Virus record (IMG/VR): IMGVR_UViG_3300045988_137581
Coordinates: 1 to 60,712 of that record
Direction: 5' to 3' (one strand)
DNA from: a virus
Length of the DNA stretch: 60,712 nt
The notes under the pieces were generated by a model. It saw nothing but the letters and a program-made list of their open reading frames with translations, was not told the DNA's origin and searched no databases. The position numbers were made by a program, and so were the translations under genes. The stretch's first letter is position 1. Each line of letters starts with the position of its first letter. This document shows, one piece after another, positions 53,801-60,212 of this stretch.

Positions 53801-56800
53801 CGTATTGTCGGGTGTCCCGAACAAATCCCCCTTCCTCGTCCCTTGAATCAGGTCGTACATGTCGGTGAACGAATCCTGAACGAACTTTTGGGTACGCCCC
53901 TTGTACATCGCCGCAAGAACGAGTGCAAAGTTACTGAATTTCTCCGCAGGGAGGTAACTTTCTCCCGTGGCATCGTCGTATTGATACTGCTTAGCCCAAT
54001 TTTCAACCGCTTTTCTTGCTGCCTCATAGTTTCTTGCATTGGCGAACTCATCATACTGCATTAAAGCATGGAATGCACGGACGGAGTTCTGTATCTCCGT
54101 CATCATACGCTCGCTTTCCGGGCTTGCATTATCCCTGTATGCAGTAGCGAGGATAGCTTTTTGAGCTTTTGCAGGCATGGCATTGAACATTTCTTCGAGA
54201 CGACTGTTTCCATTTTGGAAAATGTGGCTGACAACAATACCTCTCAAATCATTCTTCGCCTCCGCAGTGAGATTACCCTTGGAATCGAATGCACTCTTAT
54301 ATTGAGTGTCGGTGATATACCCTTTACGATTCAAGTAAGCCAACACCTCCGCTCCGTTCTTGTCTATAAGTTCTGCCAAAGACAAATCCTCCTCATTGGA
54401 AGCAAACAACGTGTTGAAGAACGTTCCTATATCCGTACCCATCTTCTGCACGGTGTTCTTCGGCTTAATCCTCTCTACGCCTCCGCTCTCCGTATCCTTT
54501 GCCTCGTACTGACCGAGATTGACTGCTTCCTCATCGCTCACATCGACCATATTGACAAGCACAGGATTTTTCATTGCTTCTATTTCCGCCCTGTCGAGAC
54601 CCAATCTCTCGGCATTGTCGAGAAGATACTGTTTGTATTTCTCGGCTTGGTCTTTGTGCTGTGCATACATCGCTTTCAATGCACCGCTTCGGTTATTGCC
54701 CTGTATGACCTCACCACGAGCATTGACGGTCGGAGCTCCGGTATAAGCCGTTACAGAGGAAGTAATTTCCTCCGGTCTTATATGTGCAGCCATACGGTTT
54801 AGTGCAGCTCTGCTTGCATTATCCACTCTCTCTTTCGGTTGTGCTTCGTCGATGAAGTGTACGGGGTTTCTTTGACCTCCTTGGTGGCTTGGTTGCAATT
54901 CGTCGGCTTCTATAAGCACGGCTCTACCTTTCACCGTCTTATCGTTGGAGAACTTCACCTCCACCTCTCTACCGGTTGAATGGGCGACAGGTTCTTGACG
55001 CTCCACCTTATGACCGTTCACACGCCTGTAACCTCTTGCCCGTGCCTCCTGCGGAGTGTCGTCTATCACATCGGGAACACCGTTAAGCGTACCATCGGCA
55101 ACAACCTCGGGTGCAACCGCAGCCTGACGAGAACCCATTGCCTGTGCAGCTTGTCTTATTTTGCCTGCCTCCACGATAGCTTGCCAAGCCTCGACATCTT
55201 TCTTTGCCTGTTCGATGGCAGCCATACGTTCTTTCTCCGCCGCAATCTTCTCCGCAACGGTTTCCCCGCCTTTCGACTTCGCTTTCTCTACCGCTTTCAA
55301 TGCCTTCACCTTATCGGCAAGCATACTCTCGGCAACGGACATGGCAACCTCGACATTACCCTCGCACTGCTCTGTGATGGCATCGAAAGCAACAGCAGGT
55401 TCTCCCTGCTCATATATAGGATTGCCATCGATATCATGAGGCAACATGCTGACGGCACTGTGCTGTTCGGTTTGTGCAATTTCCTCGTTTGACCCATTGC
55501 CGTTTTCCTGCTCGGATAAAGGAGCTGCAAACAGTCCGCCGTCTGCATCTTTCGCACTCTGCTGCGGTTCTCGTCTTTCCAACTCCCTGCCGTTATGACT
55601 GACAGCCATAGAGGCAAGCTCTTCGGGGGTAATGGCAATAGTGTATTTCCCATTGATGGGTTTGTCCAAATCGATGATTAACGTATCATCTTCCGGTATG
55701 TAATCCTGCACCACGCCATTGATGGACACTCCATCGACCTCCAAAACCACTTCATCATCGACCCTATAATTCTCTGCTACTTCTACATCTTCTAATGGCA
55801 TTGCGGAAGTTTCCGCTTCGTCCTGCTTCTGCAATTCTGCATACTTCGCCCGCACCTTTGCCTTTCTCGCTTCATCGACATTCGCCTGCAACTCTTCAAG
55901 AGACGCAAACGGAACGACTTCACCCGTTGCAGTCTTAATGATATAACTACCATCTTCATGCTGCATTTGTCCGTCTTCCGTCGACTGCAACTCTGCCTCC
56001 ATCAGTTCGCCGGTAGTCGGAGAAACAAACGGATACATCACACCGCTTACAGGCTCGACCTTCCCATCGAAATCCCTCTGCCTGTCCATCATGCTCTGTT
56101 GCTCGGTTAAAGAAAGTTCAAGGTCGATAAGCGGCTCGACCCCCTGCACATCATCAAGCAAAAGCAACTCCTTCGGCGAAATCTGCGAACGATTACCCTC
56201 CTCATCTGCAACTATGATGGAATCATCGGAGTTGGAAACATCGACACCTGTACTATCGCTATATGATGCAACCACATTGCCACTTATTATATATACACGC
56301 TTACCACCGATGGTTGTCGCAGCGTGAACCATTCCGTCACCCGTGTGAGTAATACTTCCATACTTCGCCCTAACCATTTCCTCGGTGAAAGACGCAGTAT
56401 CCTTATACTTCTGTTCCACACCGTTATACGACTGCTTTGCAGTCAGGTAATCCATTGCAGCGGTACGTGCGTCGCCGCTGTACGAGTTCGCAATTCCGAT
56501 AGCAGTGGCAACATCTGCATTATCCAATCTATCGAAATCATCGCCCAACACATTTCTCGCACGCTCCGCAAAGAACTGCAACTCCGCCTGTATATCCGCC
56601 TTGTCTGTACCCTGTGCATTATAACCACGAGAAAAGCTTGTATTCAATTTTGCAAGCTCTGAACTCTGTTCCTCACCCGTTCTTGCGGCAGAAAGGTTGA
56701 AGCCTCGCAACGTCATGGACTTGGTGATATAGTCAGCCGCAGCCATCTTTTCACGCTCATTCATCGTACCATCATTCGCAATGGCATTGAACAAAGCACC

Positions 56801-58720
56801 CATATCTTCGTTGGTGGTGTTGTCGATAGTGTTCTTTATGCCTTGCCACTCCTGCTGTCCGAATACCTCGCCGCATCTTGCATCAGCTTTATTGACATCA
56901 TGATTGTACTTCGCATAACTCGCAGCTGTCAATCCGCCTTTCGCCGCACCCATCACACCCATAGATAGAGCCATGCCGACAAGTATATCCTTATTAAAGT
57001 CCTTGGTGAACAAAAGATTAACCCTCTTACCGTCGGCATCTACGGTATAAGCGTCATCGAGATTGAACGCTGTACGGAGTAATTGACCTGCATACTCTTC
57101 TCCGACCTCTCCGAAATAGTCGCTGATACCCATCTGCTCGAATACCTTGCCTACGCCTCCGTATAGGTTCTTAACGCTCTGCATCTTGCCTGTCGATAGC
57201 ACAGACGTGAGCCACTTGGGCGAGAAAACCTTGCTCAACTTATCACCGATTACCCTCTCGATGCCCCCGAAGTGACCTCCTAACATCTCGGAATACACCT
57301 CGATAAGATTGCTCATGCCTGCTTGCCATGCAGCCTCACCTATATCCTTGCCTTTCGCAATCTTGAATCTGCCATCTCCCGTTTGCGTAACCCCACCTGT
57401 CATTCTGCCCAACGCATCGGCAGCAACGCTACCTGCACCAAGAGTTGCATTGGTGATTGCAGCCTTACCTATATCGTCGGCAACTATGCCAAGATTTTTG
57501 ACAAGCACATTGCCCGCACCTTTGACACCGTTCGCCTTGATGTACTTCCTGACACCTTGCTCGCCAATCTCTTTAATCGTCTGCTTGCCGACAATCTTCG
57601 CCGCGCCTTTGCTGCCGGCAGAGAATAGAGACCCCGGCGACAAGCCAATTTCCAACATGAATGGAAACATCTCTCCCGTCATGTTCCCGTACTTATACCA
57701 ACTGCTGTAATTCTGACCGTAGAGATTATCGAAGTTCCTCCTCGTTGCCATTGCGTTAACGAACTCTTGCTCCGCATCACTCTCCGCAACTCCCTTATTC
57801 TTGCTCGCAATATCGTATGCTGTTATACCCTTGTTGATGTCCTCATACGACATCGTAAGGAATGACTTCATGCCATCGGAAAGCCCGTCCCATATACCTT
57901 TCCAGAAGCCCGGGCTTGTGTTGCCCCGAGTATCCTCGACAGTCTTGATTGCATTATTCAGTTCGCTGATGGCAGCCATGTAAGCATTCGCTTCCTTGTC
58001 TTGTCCGAGAACATCCTCCGGAAAGAACGAACCGTGCTGTTCTGCACGATTCAAGCTCTCGACCCAACGCACGAATGGAGATTTCTCCTCTCTATCCTTA
58101 TTATATTGTTCCCTTACCGCAGTTTCCCGTTCATTCAGTTTGCGTACAAGCCTGTCTCGCTGCATCTTCAACTGAACAATAGACAGTTCGGAATTATCAT
58201 ATTGCGACACTGCCTCTGCAACCTCCTTATTGCGACCACGTTGTGCGGTAAAGCCTAATTGCCCGTACACAGAGGGGTCATCACGTTGTGCTGCAAAGCC
58301 TAGTTGTCCGTACGTAGAGGGGTCTTTACCCAGACTTGCTGCCTCAGGATTAAACGAGTATCCCATCTCCGTAATTCGATTGCCTGCGTTGTGCAATTCA
58401 TCCGCAGCTTTCGCTATGTCTCTCTGTTGCCCGAACAACTGCGGTCGTCGCTTTGCAAAAGCCTTGCTGTAATCATCGGCAAGACTGCGTTCGTAGCTCT
58501 CATAATCTCCAAGGTCAAACTCTCCTGCTTGCGAAATAGCATCATATACTTTCTTCCTATTATCGGGAGAACCGAGTTTATCAACGAACTCAGCTTCATC
58601 TTTTACTCCTAACTCATCAGGAGTATATCCGAAATCTGTAAGATTTTTATATAGACTTTTAGCAACTCCGTATTCCTCGGCTTGCTCGTGTGCTTTTCTC
58701 TTTTCTGGGTTATCTTGCAT
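38882..58720 (-). CDS. giant multidomain polyvalent virion protein (6612 aa): ParB-like, pyrophosphatase-like, N6-adenine methyltransferase, SNF2/DEAH helicase, duplicated nuclease-like modules, metallopeptidase motifs, Gly-rich and TM segments
   Basis: Uninterrupted 19,839-nt ORF in the standard code. The motifs read by eye are listed in the findings. Confidence 0.9.
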   Translation of the reverse strand: MQDNPEKRKAHEQAEEYGVAKSLYKNLTDFGYTPDELGVKDEAEFVDKLGSPDNRKKVYDAISQAGEFDLGDYESYERSLADDYSKAFAKRRPQLFGQQRDIAKAADELHNAGNRITEMGYSFNPEAASLGKDPSTYGQLGFAAQRDDPSVYGQLGFTAQRGRNKEVAEAVSQYDNSELSIVQLKMQRDRLVRKLNERETAVREQYNKDREEKSPFVRWVESLNRAEQHGSFFPEDVLGQDKEANAYMAAISELNNAIKTVEDTRGNTSPGFWKGIWDGLSDGMKSFLTMSYEDINKGITAYDIASKNKGVAESDAEQEFVNAMATRRNFDNLYGQNYSSWYKYGNMTGEMFPFMLEIGLSPGSLFSAGSKGAAKIVGKQTIKEIGEQGVRKYIKANGVKGAGNVLVKNLGIVADDIGKAAITNATLGAGSVAADALGRMTGGVTQTGDGRFKIAKGKDIGEAAWQAGMSNLIEVYSEMLGGHFGGIERVIGDKLSKVFSPKWLTSVLSTGKMQSVKNLYGGVGKVFEQMGISDYFGEVGEEYAGQLLRTAFNLDDAYTVDADGKRVNLLFTKDFNKDILVGMALSMGVMGAAKGGLTAASYAKYNHDVNKADARCGEVFGQQEWQGIKNTIDNTTNEDMGALFNAIANDGTMNEREKMAAADYITKSMTLRGFNLSAARTGEEQSSELAKLNTSFSRGYNAQGTDKADIQAELQFFAERARNVLGDDFDRLDNADVATAIGIANSYSGDARTAAMDYLTAKQSYNGVEQKYKDTASFTEEMVRAKYGSITHTGDGMVHAATTIGGKRVYIISGNVVASYSDSTGVDVSNSDDSIIVADEEGNRSQISPKELLLLDDVQGVEPLIDLELSLTEQQSMMDRQRDFDGKVEPVSGVMYPFVSPTTGELMEAELQSTEDGQMQHEDGSYIIKTATGEVVPFASLEELQANVDEARKAKVRAKYAELQKQDEAETSAMPLEDVEVAENYRVDDEVVLEVDGVSINGVVQDYIPEDDTLIIDLDKPINGKYTIAITPEELASMAVSHNGRELERREPQQSAKDADGGLFAAPLSEQENGNGSNEEIAQTEQHSAVSMLPHDIDGNPIYEQGEPAVAFDAITEQCEGNVEVAMSVAESMLADKVKALKAVEKAKSKGGETVAEKIAAEKERMAAIEQAKKDVEAWQAIVEAGKIRQAAQAMGSRQAAVAPEVVADGTLNGVPDVIDDTPQEARARGYRRVNGHKVERQEPVAHSTGREVEVKFSNDKTVKGRAVLIEADELQPSHQGGQRNPVHFIDEAQPKERVDNASRAALNRMAAHIRPEEITSSVTAYTGAPTVNARGEVIQGNNRSGALKAMYAQHKDQAEKYKQYLLDNAERLGLDRAEIEAMKNPVLVNMVDVSDEEAVNLGQYEAKDTESGGVERIKPKNTVQKMGTDIGTFFNTLFASNEEDLSLAELIDKNGAEVLAYLNRKGYITDTQYKSAFDSKGNLTAEAKNDLRGIVVSHIFQNGNSRLEEMFNAMPAKAQKAILATAYRDNASPESERMMTEIQNSVRAFHALMQYDEFANARNYEAARKAVENWAKQYQYDDATGESYLPAEKFSNFALVLAAMYKGRTQKFVQDSFTDMYDLIQGTRKGDLFGTPDNTPRTLAQAIKEVLNIDYNENRNGQAGNNGVGIDTQKSERGRRGSNGDVGGREHSKGTEPQTDSGGRVGGDSQGNGEVVESQSFLDVVRTLYSKGKEVASKLFQRSFFDIAQTPRFMQELGLRGDKFTIKYGVIARHISKDNSHSLSEQVWEQLPQALQNPFAVSRITDREDSYRIYTTLETENSEYVVVGVDVKNAGREIEVNAISTVFGRRNNANLSKNEEVIYRSKKITPEQSSLLERPNFVQYPTGQELSDDKGTTKTGNGDELGEKIAQAEAEVDTDPTEKQKEAGNYKKGHVRIGKFDISIEQPKGSVRRGVDANGRTWETKMNNTYGYIRGTESVDGDHIDVFLSDDIDNWDGQKVFVVDQYNEDGSFDEHKVMLGFNDINEAYKAYLSNYENGWADKHTLRITQASLEEFEKWIDSSNRKTKEFSEYKKVKKETVANNPATYTIEPAQYTTKRGKVLDMHLVKFADTLSKEQYRAAKELAKAERGWYDAKQGGFMMRSEESARQLAETVVGNKEAVADAQPVSLADINKVTETRQTETAEQQTKEAGQSEVRILKGEKWEKTGKPEKFKANARNRADSRDVKWKIGKQLYGSTRAERDLIETVSDMYGGFVGAWNAYENDKIMLSENEAAILKALIEEQEAKTAKEDDIFSQAERIAAEVERERLSKQKKKPKSNPSGNKLVTDERYAELRERLRKKLNNLNVGIDPEILSIGIEMAVYHLEKGSRKFADYATAMIADLGDVVRPYLKAFYNGARDLPEVESSDFATDLTPYNEVQEFDIATFGKEHNEPMTTAEVVVAEQAHQEEAEQAKQEIISQRNSERKANEGYNGFKRGDKVLFTPQGRNKKTVEATIYDFEDYGDHNPILDTGLAPILYETVEWSDIKPVENKTKSGEKQSKEKSLPLQQTGELSLSDGSIKNNKDGLQRDDAALRSKGLSADSDRNAGAGSRTGNLQEVQQDTGRVDRRGENGNGRAGSGKTQSDGVFVRPLQQLEGKNSRNNHSERGKDHAPTSVDARIEANFKAVELAKQLLESGEEATEEQKEVLRKFSGWGGLGKVFDEHANYSHNGRSYYNEPTLENKRLRELLSEEEYQQALMSANSAYYTPAYVIDTLWDIAEQMGFKGGNILEGSAGIGNILGQMPASISANSDIQAVEIDGISGAILSLLYPDAKVEIQGFEQTRVPNGSVDLAVTNVPFVTGLRVNDTTGDNDLSKKFHNIHDFCIAKNVRKLREGGLGIFITSSGTLDNSRKLRDWVVNEGEADFVGAFRMNNKTFGGTGVTSDIIVIRKRVNGRKSAQAIDVSTVTGERVAEYDTGEKRKVKGQYEPVVKNLSMDYNTYFMEHPERMAGEMRFGFEEGNRYRPTSKGLYPKQGTNQKELLSEFVKSFTQEEVGERSTEEKKNDEVAPDKKVGEMFVKDGKLYINSISNAQLLDVNSNKVKGHTKAECFEAYSAIKKALADVLAYQTENESDDGLKPLLDKLNKAYDDFVETYGHFNKNTAIAFLRNDVDYANVSSVETYKEQGDGKGGVNKLFGKADVMDKRVVEKVKEPNPTNVKEGIVASVFKFGHVDVPYIAERLGRSIDDVKNEIIENGYGFEDPVTRKVEASYQYLSGNVREKLSQAEANNENGEFDRNIKALQEKIPMDIPAHLIDFTLGSSWIDPELYDEYVKERTGVDAKFTLVGGTWFMKEPSSTDYEKNRAMGVKSKVLNSTTMGHELIEAAIQNKTITVSTTRKNWDGKSETITDKDATQACANKIDEIRQDFKDWAKQKMQSDPDMSAKMERVYNDTFNNFVPMSIPDEFAPEHFAGANPRYTMRPHQSKAIVRGTQQSVLLAHEVGTGKTFTLISTAMEMRRLGTARKPMIVVQNATVGQFVADAKELYPNAKILMLEDNDRNVEGRKNFYAKIRYNDWDMIIVPQSVFERIPDSEDRQYQYIKEKIDEKVTSILQMKEQDPYGDSLIVKQAEQEVERLEEELAELSSVAVKKNTAAEEKKRAVAKQNAEVRAMEMLDRMTDDVENFDDMGIDALLVDEAHEYKHLGFATAMQRGVKGVDPSYSKKSQGVFLKAQAVMEKNNGRNVVFATGTPISNTAAEIWTFMRYLMPADTMKEYGIYYFDDFVRNFGNIQQMLEFTTSGKFKENNRFAGYVNLPELVRIWSGVSDTVLTEEAPEVMEKIPELEGGKAQDIYLPQTRALRSVMKFVKSELERFDNMSGKEKKANSHIPLTMYGIAKAAAVDARLVQADAEDDPNSKTNEAVRQTLRSLKETADYNGTVAIFADNYQNKASGFNLYEDIRAKLIAEGVPADEIVVIKSGMTVKKKAAIFDKFNHGEVRVLLGSTFTLGTGVNIQERLHTLIHLDAPNRPMDYTQRNGRILRQGNIHKEMGKPVRVLRFGVEDSLDVTAYQRLKTKGAIADSIMRGRQMMENSMVNRVLEEEEDVFGDTIAQLSGSEYAMLKNNAEKNMRKYASRKKQYEADQTYIHNAKPKLKGLIREAEQRIEDNGSYLKAVQSAFQNGRFGEISVGKQRFASVEAMEDFFKDYNKKALADMQKIKSGEITGDQRRELTIRIGDFDFVVTTDLSRKTASEGRTLFTQAERKMTYSCPELGIENTPVKQNLLRNAVEDITTNVLTGKDFSEQLEAAQRSKRHNEAELEQMLSREGKPFEYEKELKQAQAQYEEYSELMKKELEEKEAKYADMDASVETADGITSTEEDEEENNGDTLYRSDEDYTIETVNEKFNEELQQQIDGTLPQGHIYQIGMPGFILQSAGFPHLPIELSSTRLSKKASQENHIFDISEVKDLVKELNNPLAVFRYGDNAKNVIIGIEHNGKQFLVGVHFNQERNGLDISSIRGVFPKTNAKWLNWIVQGKAEYLNKEKIQTLIDQQRTNLADVDYLDLDSVAKIVKDFENPTNTDDIRFRGGDRFFNGINADDLFDLLNEYSSYSFGAYELIDSLEKYYGGELISASSGAKHAIERGFVPKPGHKYSGLDGEYHHIEFQDENGDTFVEAVPFIEAKNVESDLGIKFGKEDKNRVPLTKEEKVLRDAVIDRIRRSGIEVIDDPAVGQRVLDMANGNAKEQAKKKRALETASLRATPRSLTVISSADGAKILQNIEELANELTESVSQPKTFVGKVAQALGATRDGSKSEYATFETKNGKVVTIRLADHNAKVSNFDRRNELSGISIVVSPKVNTGMTNDGDAHIVEYYYDAIKLRKAEGKPLAEIVRSIQQALYSGEFKDTTGLAERQEVNADNLREHRVYHGSGAEFEAFDHSYMGEGEGQQAYGWGTYVTEVEGIGEYYAKTSFLIAEEKRRSSRKATPVSMAVGAIIHQENYNLQAVSFEQRKEAAIADLETNIKINENILRNEKEDETMTALRKAAIERNKAALDALRAMREEQYNEERSRQGRIRHLYTVEIPEDNGNNYLEWNEPLPKDFDMGAVGEFIMREKRIDDETENEMLEKDLSDSLDEVYNGRTLYRTISLYIGEKEASELLASLGYVGIKYPADNLRGGRADGAKNYVVFNERDLQIVDHVRFFKGANGEAYGFTVDGKIYIDTRIANTETPIHEYAHLWAEALRNGNAKEWNNVVGLMKGTSVWEEVTKRYPELKSDDEIAEEVIALYSGRRGAERLREETRKATEGENSVFEKAEAVNALQRVKRALEKFWKGIADFLHIHYTSATEVADRVMRDLLNEVNPINTDISARDGVASYTDDELSFENDPWSKLAGRPLRTQFQRKEFARKERRRMVDRVNELAEKLHLGNVEIVTDADALEGKKKRAKGFYSKSTGKITIVIPNHTSTFDAEQTLLHEAVAHYGLRQLFGEHFDTFLDNVFTNADMQVREQIVALATRNGWDFRTATEEYLASLAENTNFENLNAGWWSKIKQLFMDLLHKIGFDGFGGVALSDNELRYILWRSYQNLVSPGKYKSILGEAEDIAKQYDLKVGDYAETKEFSDKAAEKEDELMFRDIDPDNEFVVKDRAYAAHIYNQRVKGGMYQFKEAMQDSMLGLKELMGSVYEANGKKDFNIADVPTFENAYTGENALSSINEKEVEAFNRTFFQPLNVVISKLATTADERDELIEYMMAKHGLERNVYMAERDAKSKLEKSGKSEEELEKMIEKNRQRDYAGLTALTGIEDVAEAELEAERMVAEYESMHETEPIWDLLKEINDAILSKSLECGLISKETYEAISSMYNYYIPLRGFDEKTADEEYAYLNERHGTFNAPIKKANGRRSKADNPLAYLQSMAESTIMQGNRNRFVKNRFLTFVLNHPSDAYSISDLWLQYDDVAGEWKPLLPTLNESDTPEEVERKLAEFNDKLMQLAEEEPEKYKRGREADNIPYRVVNNSDLHQHQVIVKRRGKNVVITINGNPRAAQALNGLTNPDNNDMRGSIGSIISLVGDVNRTLSALYTTLQPDFIASNFLRDLIYSNSMAFVKEGADYWRRFALNYFVNAWSLKGLFAKYRKGTLDTNNRVEAMFKQFLDNGGETGYRRMLDVEEHKKEIEKALKTLNKKMPFEEWRKHFANWLDEIGRSVETKARFAAFMTSRSLGRDIGRSIFDAKEISVNFNKKGAGDRFLKSQGQTLLGKSGAFVSGAGRTLFIFWNAAIQGTFGNFGKALSQHPGRSLSVASALFVLGMFIQKLVSDGDDGDDDKRGSYYDLPETIRRNNFVFPGPGKSWIKVPLPIEYQAIYGMGELLGGKMFHNEPLSVAEFASQISKLTPIDIMEGQTNNKDGLDLLAPFTPSAIKPMLEVQKNRSWYGLPIYKDTPFNKNMPEWTKAYKNANTKIVDLCAYLNEMSGGTRYEKGKVDLNPAEIEYLLRSYGGGFWTLPNQLVKLYEAGVGKDFDWRNIPLVNRFVTNGDERTKNRALNNEFFQLEEEYKETMRLIKAYEKDKAQGDKKAVKRLQEIKKSKEYAHLAAFDDKNLYSKIKKSKKMLKEATTKEEEDKLKKELNELKKQVVKKVRLIDAL

Positions 58721-58731
58721 AATTCCAAAGT

Positions 58732-59589
58732 TTACATGTTTATCTGCACTCGCTTCGTTCTCTTTTTAGGCTTTTGTTCTTGCGGTGTCCTCGCATAGCC
58801 TCCCGATGAGACACGCTGTTTTGTTCCTTCCTCGTCGAGCTTATATCCGGTGGAAGAGCTGTATTCCCACGTACCATGTTGCTTTGCGAACTGCTCTTGT
58901 GCAGCCTTGAAGGTAAAGTAATGAGGATTATCGTTCTCGTCGTAAGCTACATATTCTGCACGTTTTCCACCACTTCCGCTTCCGCCACTGCCTTTTTTCT
59001 CCGCCACTTCTTTCTTCGTAGCGTTATTCATTCCCGCAATCTCTTTTTTTGCTTCCCTATCTTTATCTTTTTCTTCCGCTTTCCGTCTTGCTTCCTTGTC
59101 CCTCCGCAGAGCGTCTAAGTATGTCTTATAGTTAGACCGAATATTGATATTATCTCTATTGTCTGCAGCGGCTTGTAAAGCAAGTAACCTCGCATAGCTG
59201 TTGTAGTAATCCTTTTTATTGGCGTCGAACTCACCCAGCAACTTATCATATCTTGCATTGGTGCGAGCTGTACTCGACTTGTTTCCATCGTAAGTGGGAG
59301 GAGCGTACTGCGTAGTGAAGTAGAGAGACGACAAGGCTGACACCCCGTCACCTATTGCGGAAAACAACTTATCACGTTTCTTTTTTCTCTCGATTTTGCG
59401 TCTCTCTTCGTCCGAGTAGTCGGCTTCTTTGGATTTAAGCTTCTCTATAAGGCTATCGTACCCCGTAGAAGTCTTCTTTATTTGCGGAGGTGCAGGCATC
59501 GCCTGCTCTTTCTCTCCGCTCGTATTCCCTTGCTGTTCTTTCTCTCCGCTGCTCGTCCCTTGCTGCTCTTTCTTCTCTTCTTCCGTCAT
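58732..59589 (-). CDS. basic low-complexity virion or ejection protein candidate (285 aa)
   Basis: N-terminal tandem SGEKEQQG repeats, K/E/R-rich sequence and a GSGGSGSGG linker. Lies 11 nt upstream of the giant ORF. Confidence 0.55.
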   Translation of the reverse strand: MTEEEKKEQQGTSSGEKEQQGNTSGEKEQAMPAPPQIKKTSTGYDSLIEKLKSKEADYSDEERRKIERKKKRDKLFSAIGDGVSALSSLYFTTQYAPPTYDGNKSSTARTNARYDKLLGEFDANKKDYYNSYARLLALQAAADNRDNINIRSNYKTYLDALRRDKEARRKAEEKDKDREAKKEIAGMNNATKKEVAEKKGSGGSGSGGKRAEYVAYDENDNPHYFTFKAAQEQFAKQHGTWEYSSSTGYKLDEEGTKQRVSSGGYARTPQEQKPKKRTKRVQINM

Positions 59590-59592
59590 ACT

Positions 59593-60072
59593 CTAAAAAT
59601 CAATTTGGCTTGCCGCATTAGCTGTGTCTTTTGCCGCTTGTGCTATTGCCGCAGCACGTTTTTCCTCTATCTGATTGAGCTGTTCTTGGTACTTATCGTC
59701 GTTATCCATGTACGCAGCTTCAATTCCCTCTTTTCTCTTCTCCGCATCCAAAGCTGCATTACTCATCATCGTCGCAACAGCATCGTTCGCTCCTGCTTTT
59801 TCCGCTGCCAAAGCCTCGTTGCTTCCTCCCGTTACGACTTGTGCCGCAGCAGCATTCTTCGCTCTGTTCTTCAACAATTCCTGCGTCTTCGTCAGAATGT
59901 TTTGGAAATCTGCTCTCTGTGTAGCGTCTTCGTTGTATCTCCTGTTGTACCAAGCCTCATTCTTCGCTCGCTGTTGTTCAATTCCTTTCTTTGCTTCTTT
60001 CGCCGCTTTTGATGCTTGATAGCCTCCAAAGATGGATGCTGCTGCACCTAATGCATTACCAATTATTCCCAT
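59593..60072 (-). CDS. Gly/Ala-rich coiled-coil protein resembling DNA-pilot or ejection proteins (159 aa from ATG 60072; track ORF extends to 60153)
   Basis: MGIIGNALGAAASIFGGYQASKAAKEAKK, followed by an Ala-rich helix. A TATTTTTG box at 60091-60098 lies inside the longer ORF, which favours the internal start. Confidence 0.55.
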   Translation of the reverse strand: MGIIGNALGAAASIFGGYQASKAAKEAKKGIEQQRAKNEAWYNRRYNEDATQRADFQNILTKTQELLKNRAKNAAAAQVVTGGSNEALAAEKAGANDAVATMMSNAALDAEKRKEGIEAAYMDNDDKYQEQLNQIEEKRAAAIAQAAKDTANAASQIDF

Positions 60073-60090
60073 AACAATATATATTATTGC

Positions 60091-60098
60091 CAAAAATA
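60091..60098 (-). promoter_or_regulatory. -7 box TATTTTTG (minus strand) for the ejection-protein/polyvalent/portal operon
   Basis: CAAAAATA on the + strand, 19 nt upstream of ATG 60072. Confidence 0.45.
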
Positions 60099-60184
60099 AG
60101 GAGAAGCAAAAAGAACTAAGGGTTATCTTTATCCTTTCCCGCAAAACACACATGATTTCGGGATAATTAGTCCCTAAAAATCAG

Positions 60185-60192
60185 TAACTTTG
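60185..60192 (+). promoter_or_regulatory. -7 box TAACTTTG for the XRE gene and early block
   Basis: Matches TAnnTTTG 53 nt upstream of ATG 60245. Confidence 0.5.
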
Positions 60193-60212
60193 CAAACCAA
60201 GAAAGCAGCAAT

